A stretch of 64,000 nucleotides of DNA from Nageia nagi (Eukaryota > Plantae > Pinophyta): assembly GCA_050084985.1 (NCBI GenBank), contig JBITNC010000001.1, positions 121,334,001-121,398,000 of the forward strand, read 5' to 3'. The position numbers and the translations under genes were made by a program. A model generated the notes under the pieces. The model saw only the letters and a program-made list of their open reading frames with translations, had not been told where the DNA came from and did not search any database. Below are positions 27,051 to 38,023 of this stretch, in pieces (position 1 is the first letter of the stretch; the number at the start of each line of letters is the position of its first letter).

Positions 27051-28876
27051 TTGCTAAAACCATTTAAAATGGATGGAATGAAAAATAACATGAAACATAA
27101 TCTATTATTAATTAAATATTATTATATTTTATAAAATAAAATATATTTCGAATATTATAATAATATATAATTTTATTTATTAAAAAAAGATATATTGAAT
27201 TCATTTCCAATTAAGGTTTAGTACAAAGAAGTCTTTTCTTTTGAAAGCATTAATGAAAATGCCCACTAACATAATGACGTGAGGTGGGAATACAAATGCT
27301 CTTCTACCATATATTTGGATAATATATATTGTTTACTAATATAAAATAAAGTTTTCATGTTGCAAGGAGTCATAGAGTTTCAAAAGCAGAAATGGATCCA
27401 TCAGAATCCTTGAAGCGTACTCTTCATCATCTAAAGAGGAATAAGATGCCATTGAAATCGAAGATGAATCCCATAGCGAATGGATGAAGAAGAGGACAGT
27501 TACCATCAGAATGGAGTTGTGCCTTATGTTAAATATGCATCAGATAGTGATTATTATCATTGAGGTGTATATGGTCCTCAGCTTGGGGATAGCACCAAAG
27601 ATGAATCTTGCTAGAGTGAATCAAAAGATTCGAAGTGAAGAGGAATCTTTTGAGGTCCTCATAAAAGTCGTGCACTTGAAGAGTGGTACACAAGAATGCA
27701 GTCTTATGTAGACTGGATCACAATTGCTTATTAAGGTAGGCTGTGGTGTTGAAGTTCTTCCAATGGAGGAGGCAATGGAGAATATGGTCGTGAGCACTAT
27801 GTACAAAGATTGTGTAATGAAGACAGTGGTTGAATTCCTTCCCGTGGAAAAGATATCCAATCATTTAGAGTCTGGGGCTCAAATGCTTATTGAGGTAGGC
27901 TATGGCGTTGAAGTCCGTCCTGTAGAGAAGGGAACTGAGATCATGGTCATGAATACTATGAGTAAAGATTATCCAACAAAGACAACATATGAAGACCTTT
28001 AAGGCAATGGTTGCATTAGAGGCAACCAAGGAAGTGGACAATGGATGCATACCTTATGAGGTATGTAAGTTTAGTTATTTTGCATTTAAGGAAGTTATTT
28101 TTATTGAAAAGGCAATAAGCATGATTGCAAGCATCCTGAAGGATGATTGGTTTACGGGTAAAGGTTTTTTTAAAGTCATTTTACAAGAAAAGGAAGGAGA
28201 TATAACCATGAGTGTTATGTTAGAAAGTTAGCCCGAGAGCCATTAGATGTTTGAATACCTTGGCTGGAAAAAGGCAGAAATGGAAATGTAAGACGAAACC
28301 CATTTATGAGAGGAGTTTTTCCAGTATGATTGGGCATACATGTATGAAAGGGAGTGCATTAAATATTGACAAAGATGGGGAAAGATTAATGCTAAGAGCA
28401 TGAAAAAAAGCCACAAACTTTCCCAAGTCCAATAGATGAAAGCAAGAAGAAGAAGGTTGGATAGAGGATAAAGAGGTTTAAAATCAAAGATTTGTTGTTG
28501 TACGTCCGAGCGAGAGCTTACAATTTTTCTCATAACCTTGGGAGTGCGATACAAGAGCATCCTTTTTAAAATCATACAAATTAGTCCCTTGGTTAATGTA
28601 GCATTAGTTGATTATTTTGATGTTTTTTTGTGTGTATTTATTCCATCAGTTTATATGGTAGGGTTCATTTTCAATAGCTACAAGGAAACTATCAATCTCG
28701 TAGAGCAGATTCTTGAAGCCTATTTGAAGCTATCTCTTAAATTTAATTAGAACCAATGGAAAACTTATTCACAAATGGAGAAGATTCTTGTACAATAGTT
28801 GATAGCGATACCAAGTGTATATTGTAGAGAAGCAAGAGAGATACAATAGATTGTGTATAAAATATGATTAGGAGCT

Positions 28877-29095
28877 CAACTTGTAAAACTTTTGATCATT
28901 GATGAAATTCATCTTTTACATGATAATAGGGGACCTATGCTGGAAAATACCAATGCTCAAATAGTTAGACAAATTAAGAAAACTCAGGGAATAATCCAAT
29001 TAGTGGGATTGTCTGTGATATTGTGAATTTATGAGGATGTTGCACTGTCATTATGAATTGACAAGATAAAAGTTCTGTTCCATTTTTGATAATAT
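28877..29095 (+). pseudogene. BRR2: Isolated fragment of the BRR2/U5-200K Ski2-like RNA helicase (motifs II-III)
   Basis: Translates QLVKLLIIDEIHLLHDNRGPMLENTNAQIVRQIKKTQGIIQLVGLSVIL*IYEDVALSL*IDKIKVLFHF, matching the conserved DEIHLLHDNRGPVLE..RLVGLSATLPNYEDVA stretch of Brr2-family helicases (from memory). Confidence 0.85.
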
Positions 29096-32000
29096 TCTAG
29101 AACGAGAGGAAACTCAAAATATGCAGGGCATAGTAAAGGCAAGCGCAGGTGGTGTTTGTATACGAGACACTGTTAGATGAAATGTAAAAGGTTTGGAGGT
29201 GCCAGAACTGCATATTGGGGTGGTAGAGACCACGTCATTGGAGGGAAGAAGAATTCGATAATGGATCCAAAGAGGATGATAGCATAAACAAAAAGGAGGG
29301 TTCGAACAATGAGTACAATAGAATAAAAAGTATTATTGCAGTTTACACAAAAAAGATGGTAGTTAAAGGAAGAAAATTGAAGGTCCACCGAGGAGGGAAA
29401 ATAACACGATCCATAGGAGGAAAAAAATTAAAACTACAGGTGCATAGATTCTACATTTGAATTAATAGAGCACCTATGACGAAAGAAGAGAGACATGTTG
29501 CTGCAAAACATCAAGAGAAAGAGAGTGAAGATCAAGAATCTGTTGTACTTGTGAACAGGAGCTCACAATTTTCTTATAACCTCAGAAGTCTTACACACTC
29601 TTATTTTTTTACGTTATTAGTTCCCAATGTGATGTAAGGAGTTTTAGATGTTATGTTTACAAACTATTTATCTACCATATTTACAAATTAGTTTCGTTGT
29701 GGATTATTGTCTGAAATTTAGAAAATAAAGGAATTGTGTTCTCCAAATTCCTTATCTAGGATAGAGTCAAATGTAGTTTGAAATATGGAACTGTTGTACC
29801 AATCAGGCTTTATTTTGTTTTATTTTTAATCTTTATTTATTTTTATTTTTACTGACAGTCACTTCGAAGCCAGCTAATCCTTATGTAGGTGTCGTATTAA
29901 TTTTATTTTTGTTTAAATCATAACGAAGCCTGTGTGAAAGGTGTCTTTCACTTAATAGGTAGGCAACTTTGAGTCAAGTGGTTCAAAGATCTGTAGGTTT
30001 ATTTTCAAACACTATTGCTGGCAGGTGGAACATTGAAGAAGTAAATCTTCAATGGCAAGGAGAAAGAGAATTTGTTTCCAAACTAATATAAGAACCATCT
30101 CCAATGTATTGAATGAGAGAGCAAGGACACTGATTCAGAAAGAGGCAAACTTGTTGTTTGCAGGAAGAATGTGGAATTTTGTCCAACAACTTACTCCCGG
30201 TTAGCAAAAATATTATAGCCACATATGTTCGTTCATGATTAATCAAGCTTTAACAGTTGATGCACTTAAAGAATAACATCTACAAGTTCATACATGTGTC
30301 AATGTAATGTTATAGGTCTCTCGCCGACAAGATCACATGTTTGAAATCTCTAGCCAGTGGGATGGTAAATTGAAATAGTCAGATTAAGCGGGAGAAGAAA
30401 ACATCAATGGGTATAACTCATTTATAGTGGCTACATGTGCATCAATTATATGTTATACTTGTGAGTAGGAGCTCCCAAATTTTTTCCAACCTTCGAAGTT
30501 TGATGTAAGAGCATCTCAAGATTGATAAAGTAGTAATAATTTTCAAACTCAACCATATCAATTCTTTGGAATAGAATATAGTTTTATCTTATATCTATGT
30601 GTTAAATATAATTATTCCCCACTGATAGTGTGTTCACGTATGTCATCCATGTATTTTTTTATCAATATTATTGATTATATATTTTAGGTTTATCAACATG
30701 ATGAATCATTAGGTAATTATTAGTTAGTTAGAGACTCCGTTGTCATAAAACTTATAAATTTCACAAGTTCTTCAACCATTGATGTATATTTGTTTGTTGT
30801 ATGTTGATCAAATATTTTCTCTTTTGGACCTTTTCCATATTTTCTATCATGGTATCAGAGGTAGTTAAGGAAAGCCACAAGATTTGATTGGCTTCCTTTA
30901 TTTGTGAAGGAGTCCTTAGAGGAAGAGTGTTAGAAGAGCAAAAGGAGAACCTTAGAGACATGGGAATGAGCCAATAGAGTTTAGAGTGTGTTGTTAAGGA
31001 AGTTGAGGCAGTTAAGAAGATATCACAATGAAGAGAAACGACGAGAAGGGCCATTATCGAGATTACATGTGTATGTATGAAGAAAATTATGTATCACCTT
31101 GAGGAGGTGACAGTGTTGTGAATGAGAATTGCAAGTTTTATAAACATTTTCGATGTTGCTATGTGAAGTTGTGTCCATGACATTTGTAGTCCTGATGAAC
31201 CACATTATTTGTAGGATCCATTGCTCATTATGGAAGGATGATAAACTACATTTTGATAACCCATGTCTTGCACGTAGAGCTTTCTTAACATGGATGAGTG
31301 AGTGGACTACACTTACTTGCACCCTCCTTGGAGACCCTGATTATCGAAAGCATCCTAGGTGTGAAGTGTAGAAAGGAGGTGTTCACATGCCTATCTCTTT
31401 GTTAATATATGTTTAGTTGCACAACGTGAATGGAGTATGAAGAGGATTTCCTTCTGAAAATGAATGAAGTGAGAAGCTCCCTTGTGCCTACTTCTAATAT
31501 TGATTTTTTGTGTCAACTCAACCATTTGAGCATATGCTTCTCTACTTACAATATTGACTTCTCTTTTATTTCCTACTTGCAAACAACACCTTCATAAGAT
31601 TGTTGATAAGATCCAAAAATATATAAAATATATATCATTTCTATAGTATTTTGAAATACAATATTAGTCATATCAAAAAATATAACATTTTTATCACAAT
31701 TAAAGGAATTCAAATTAAAGTGTGATATAATAAATCATATTTATTCATTTGTAGATACTGAAATTTGATTTTTAAAATTAATAATATATATTTAAAATAA
31801 TCAAATAATAAAATATATCGATGGAATGATGAAAATTAGATCTCGAATAATGAATGATAATAAGACATAAAGCTACTTAAATCTAGATTTAAAATATAAC
31901 AAAAACCAAAAACCTATCTTCTTACCTTTCAAGATGAAAAGAAGAATATAATATAAGGATTCTCATGATGACCTACTCTTGAATTTATAACCATCATTAT

Positions 32001-32212
32001 TCTTTATTTATCGTGCTTAGATGCATAGTCTATACGTTCCATGCGATGTCATAAATATCTTTTACATAGCGTCGTCCAATCTAAGTATATGTTGAAGGGA
32101 AACACTATCTACTGATGAATCATCAATTTTTTTAATTGCGTACCAAAAAATTTAGATAGCATCTAACTATATGTTGAAGGGAAACACAATCTATTGATAA
32201 AGTAAAGAAGGA

Positions 32213-32877
32213 AAAATTGAAACCCATGAATAATTACTTCTCACATTCGAGTAGGCACTAGAGCACTAGGTGCATTACATTCTCACTCTGAACAATGGTT
32301 ATCGATAAGAATGAATTGATCTCAACAATGCGCAGATGGAATAACAGAATGGAGTTCCTATACACTGTTTTATTAGTCCTTGTCCTCGTCCAGTAGTAAT
32401 TCTGTCAAAGGCCAAGCAGATTGCTGCTGGAAATTTGTACTAAATTCTATTATCATGCATCCAATGCTGCTAATGTCGGGATTACTGTTGTTAATATTAG
32501 GTGTAGAAGTGCTGTGAGATATATCTAGGATTAGATCTGAGAAGCCTATTTCATGCTCTTGTCCATCATGACCATTATTGGCTCTGTCGCTAGAGTTGGA
32601 GGATCCTTTAATTGATGAACATTCTGATAAATGATGGAATCCCTTTAAAGTTTCTCGTACTTAACCATTGAAAGACAATTCCTCCTGTTGGAACGACAGG
32701 CTATTGTTAGGGATTCGGTACAAGTTAAGTGAAACCTGCATAGGAGGGTAGCTCCAGTACGAGACTATCAATATGGATATTTAGATTGGTGCGAATGCAT
32801 TGAACTAAGTCCAGCCCATGATGATGATGTGTAAGTTCCTTACTTATTGTTGAGACGATTTATCAGTAAAATTTATA
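32213..32877 (-). pseudogene. Collapsed MYB paralog: upstream region fused to last ~230 bp of CDS and 3' flank
   Basis: 32213-32609 matches 37871-38260; 32629-32877 matches 42904-43098. Confidence 0.88.
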
Positions 32878-33769
32878 ACTGGCAATTGCAATTTTGTTTA
32901 ATGGGTACACTCAATATTATGAATGACTTTTTTTATATATGATACGGACATCTAAGAATTTAGGATGTGTCGGTAATAGTTCTAGACATCTCAAAACTCA
33001 ACCATTACGTTGAATTCATTGAAGTTTATAATGAATGATTTATTAATAATGTTAATGTATAATTATTTAGTTTGTAAATTTTTATAATTGTTCAAATCAA
33101 TAATTAGATGATTAAAAAATTTGTAACATTTGAAAATATAATTTTTTATGATAATTATTAGAAATTTTAGAGTTAAAAAAATGCTTTAAGATTATATATG
33201 TAACATAAAATTAAAAATAATAATAATATTTGAAATTGTAAATTGATATTATTTTAAAATATTATGTATTTAGTATTTATTACTTAATAATTAGGTAATT
33301 ATAAAATTTGAATTTTGTAATGATTTGTAATCATCGAATGTTTATAGTGTACATAGTATCTCAAATACAAATTTTAAAATTTGCTATTTTCTTCCTCTAT
33401 TTTATGTTCTTCAATCTTTTAATGCAATAGCTTCTTTATAAATAATCATATCAAATAGTATATCCATTACATTCATTTATACATGGAGAACACAAAATAA
33501 CATAAAAGATTTAAATATATTTTGTTCATATTTATTACCTAAGATCATTACATTCAACTCGATGAAGATTGTGTCTGCCACTCCCAAGTCTCCAATGTTT
33601 CCTATGTAACTAAATTCTACTCCTTTGTATCCCCAAGAAAGATGATTATTCTTCCATTTTTCTATCCAAGGAGACTCTATATACCACTCTTAAAGGCTAG
33701 GCCTTTAACAATATTGTTGAACCTTTAGCCAAAATGTAGTGCCCTGATTTGTGAGGGTGGGATTTTATT

Positions 33770-35251
33770 AATGATGTCGCATCATGAAGAGAATGATGTT
33801 AACATACAATTTATCATACTTTTATAAGGGTATTCAATATTTAATATCACATCATGATGATGATGACATCAACATGTAGTTTTTCACACTCTAGTAAGGG
33901 TCTTTAATATTGAATGTCGTATCATGAAGATGATGACACCAGCAACAAAGTTATTGTAATGTAGAACAAGGTAAAAGAATATGTTACCATACTTTTAAGA
34001 GGTTGATGTAAGCAACAAAGATATAGTGATGTGAAATAAGGTAAAAAAGGATATTATCTCACTTTCAAGGATGTGATGTCAATAGTAAAGTTATCTTGAT
34101 GTAAAATAATATGAAAAGGATATTATCGCACTTTCAAGGAGGTGATGTTATAAAACATATTATCATGGTGCAAAAAAATGGTAGAAAAATACATTTTCGC
34201 ACTTTAAAGGAGGTGATGTGAGTAGGTGAAATCAATAACAAAATTATTGCAATGCAAAATAAAGTAGAAAAAATACATTTTTATACTTTTAAAGAGGTGA
34301 TGTGAGTAGGTGACATTAGCCATAAAGTTTTTGTAAAGCAAAATAAGGATAAAAGGTTATTACTATACTTTTGAGGAGGTGATGTTAGCAACAAATTTAT
34401 CATGTCATGGAATAAGGTAGAAAAATGTATTCTTGGGCTTTTAAAAAGATGATATTAGTAGCTAAGTTATCATGATGAAGAATAAGGTGGAAGAATATGT
34501 TATTGCACTTTTAAGGGGTTGACATCAGTAGTAAAGTTACCACATAATAGAATAAAGAGAAAAATACATTATTGCACTTTCAAGGAGGTGATGTCAATCG
34601 TAAAATTTCCATGCTATGGAATAAGGTAGAAAAGTGTATTACCATGCTTTTAAGGAGGTGATACTAGTAGTGACATCAGTAGGAAATTTTTCATGATGCA
34701 AAATAAGGTTAAAAGGCACATTACTATACTTTTAAGGAGGTGATGTAAGTAGCAAAGTTATTGTGGTATGGTAACCTAAGAGATGATATCACTAACAAAA
34801 AATCAGAAAAATACATTATTGCACTTTTGAGGAGGTGACATCAACATGTGATATCAACAACAAAGTTATTATTTTATGAAATAAGACCTAAAAATATGTT
34901 ATGACACTTTTAAGGGGGTGACATTAGTAAAAAAGTTATTGCAATGTGGAACAAGATTAAAAAGCATATTACCACACTTTGAAGGAGGTAATATCAGCAA
35001 CAAAGTTATCGTGATGTAGAACAAGGTAAAAAAATATGTTCTTACACTTTTAAAGAGGTAATGTTAGTAAGAAAGTTACTATATTATAGAATAAGGCAAA
35101 AGAATATGTTACTATACTTTTGAGGTGTGATGTCACTAGGTGACATCAATAGCAAAGTTATCATGATACAAAATAAAGAGAAAAAGCATATTGTTGTAGT
35201 TTTAAGGAGGTGATATTAGTAACAAAGTTATTACAATCCTGAATAAGGTAA
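33770..35251. repeat. Degenerate ~70-bp tandem array, roughly 20 units
   Basis: Recurring cacttttaaggaggtgatg..agcaacaaagttat..atg..gaataaggtaaaa. The first ~3 units are a different monomer; some units carry a ~12-bp gtgagtaggtga expansion. Confidence 0.92.
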
Positions 35252-37222
35252 TGTTAACATAAAAATTCATCAATTGAATATGATATTAGCAATTGATTGA
35301 CTAAGGAAAGTTATATGTATTGGTTTGGTAACTAAATTGTATTGGTTTGGAAACCTAACTATATGAGTTTGAAGGATAGAGAGTAAAGTTTACAAATCAA
35401 GATTAAGCAAAATGATACCATCATAATTGATTGATACACCTTTTCTTAAGAAATATGAAGAAGATATAAGAAGTGAATCTAAGAGTTATTGAGAGGTATC
35501 AATCAACACATCACTTATCCATCAAGCATAACAAATCCATTGACATATCACTACTACATATTGAGATATTGTATAAGTGCCCATCATCCTACCATAAGCG
35601 TATCGATTGGCATAATAGATGTGAGAACCAAGACATTAAGAGAAAGCTTAACTATTTGAATAATATACATTGTAATTAGATGTACTTGACACTTATATAT
35701 TAATAAAGATCAAACCCCCTTTTTTCGACTCAACTACTATCTCATTTTACTCATTATTTAATTTATATTTTATTGTCAACTCCTGGTTGTAGATAAGAAC
35801 CAAAATTGATCGATCCATCGATCAACAATTCTATTGTTGAGACATCTACAAAATAGGGGTTTCAATGGTTGGATGGAATGTTGAGTGATAAAAAAGTGTA
35901 ATCAAAAGATACTTAGATGTAGAAATCTTGAATTTAAAAAAGAGAAAAATAGCTAATTTCATGCAAAAGATGGATTATATATTATACTAAAAAAATATTA
36001 AAGTATGAAAAAAAGAGATACATGCAACTATGGTTTAGTTAGGTTCCATGTAGTTGATAGATTCATGGGACATAGGTTTCCAATATTGCATACCATCTAT
36101 TTTATAAACAAAGATCCTTATCTCCACATCCTTGATGAAGTTCACAAAGATTAGGCTCTAAAAAAAACTAAAAAATAAGGAAAGAAAATCTTATAAAGAG
36201 GCAAACATAAAAGTGATAGAAGTCAATAAAGAAGAAAAAGTATGAAAAAGCACCTAAAGAAGAGAATTAATGAAGCACTCTAGATTGTTGGTAATGTTTA
36301 TGCATTAGAAGTAGATTGTGATAAATTGGATCATGTTATGGAATAGATACCAGTTAGTTTGCATAGAGTAAGATAGGGTAGGAATAGTAGGGACTACGAT
36401 CAAGAATTATGATGATGGAACCTGTATCGAGATCTATATGATGTCCTTATTGAAATAATATCAGTTAATCTAAAAGAATCCTTAAGTATAAATCATTATC
36501 TTAGGTTATGGAGGAGATGTCTGTAGAAAATTGATTGATAAAGTTTAAAAAGGAAACTAAAATAAGGAAGATACTTTCTATGTTAAAAAAACATAAAAGA
36601 ACTATGAAGAAAAGGAGAGAGTAAGAAGTTATTTCGAAGTACAAGGGTAAAAGTAGGATAGAAGAGAGTAGAGTAGGAGATATAGAGAATCTTGGCCAAT
36701 GGTCGACCTTAATATTAAGAGCAATCAACTTATTGATGTGTTATATCAATTGAAGAATTACCATCTTTGAGATTGAATATGAATTATGATAGGATTATTG
36801 ATAGAAAGGAAGAGAATAACATCTAGGATCGATGAAAAACCAAGACATCATTGAGAAGATACTGACTAATAAACTACCACCATAAGATTTGAAGGTGAAC
36901 CTTAAATGAAGAATTCCTAATGAATCGATAGATATTTTAGCATAGCTAACTATCGATGCTATAGCGACTAACGACTCACCATCTTTGGAAATGAGAATGA
37001 ACTATGATTGGACCAGGAAGATAGAGACATGATTAAAAGAGATCATAGAGTTAGAAGATAGTAATTAGAAGAAATGACTTTGAGAATCCTCCTCTACCTT
37101 TATACTCTCTTCGTTCCAAAAACCAAATAAAGGAAATCTCAAGGAAAAACATTGGATTTAAGTTGGAGAGGATGTTAACATGAAAATCGATCAACTGAAT
37201 ATAATATTAATGATCGATGGAG
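35252..37222 (+). mobile_element. Decayed non-autonomous LTR element with truncated 3' LTR
   Basis: tgttaacat.aaaat..atcaa.tgaatat.atatta occurs at 35252 and 37173; the second copy follows a purine tract (ggagagga). Possible 5' LTR end ..atcaaca at ~35827. No recognisable pol. Confidence 0.55.
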
Positions 37223-37227
37223 TAAAA

Positions 37228-37232
<5 letters not shown>

Positions 37233-37262
<30 letters not shown>
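37233..37262. repeat. (TA)n microsatellite
   Basis: TA run. Confidence 0.95.
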
Positions 37263-37265
<3 letters not shown>

Positions 37266-37609
37266 GTTAAATTATATTGATTTGACGATCAATGAACTAA
37301 TACAAAAACATTCTACATTCTAAGATCCTCAAAAAACACTATTCTAAAATATAAAATAAATTAACACATTTTTATCTCATTACAACCTAAAAAGCAGCAT
37401 AAAATAGTCATCCACAACTATTCTATCTGAACGTATGTTTTTCCAGCTGGATATAATCGAACAAGTAGCTTTAGGTTTCCACCGCCAACGGCATATCGTT
37501 TTCTATATTGAAGGAAATGTGTTGCTCACCCCAAACTTAAAAAGAACAAAAAAATCATATTCATGTCCCATTGTGTCTAATAGAAATGAAATTTAATCCA
37601 TAGAGTAGA

Positions 37610-37897
37610 ACAATCTGGCTTTGGATATCACAACCTACTAATTATATACGAGGCAAAAATGATATAACCAAATTTAGTAGACAGGCCAAATACAACATAT
37701 TCTCACGAATCACTTACTAAAAAAACCAAAAAATTGAAACCCATGAAAAGTTACAATCTGGCTTTGGATATCACAACCTACTAATTACATACGAGGCAAA
37801 AATGATATAACCAAATTTAGTAGATAGGTCAAATACAACATATTCTCACGAATCACTTACTAAAAAAACCAAAAAATTGAAACCCATGAAAAGTTAC
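37610..37897. repeat. Near-perfect 143-bp tandem duplication 3' of the MYB gene
   Basis: caatctggctttggatatcac.. at 37611 and 37754, with about 3 mismatches. Confidence 0.95.
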
Positions 37898-38023
37898 ATC
37901 TCATATTGAATAGGTACTGTAGAGCACTAGGTGCATTTCATTCTCACACTGAACAATGCTTATCGATAAATCTCAATAATGCACACATAGAACAACAGAA
38001 CGGAGTTCCTATACACTGTTTTA

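Noticed and set aside
30850-31130. PBS-like tggtatcagag with a downstream purine tract, suggesting a TRIM
   Set aside because: Could not find matching LTRs on both sides.
33770-35251. CRISPR-like periodicity
   Set aside because: Whole monomers are homologous with no unique spacers; eukaryotic context and no cas genes.
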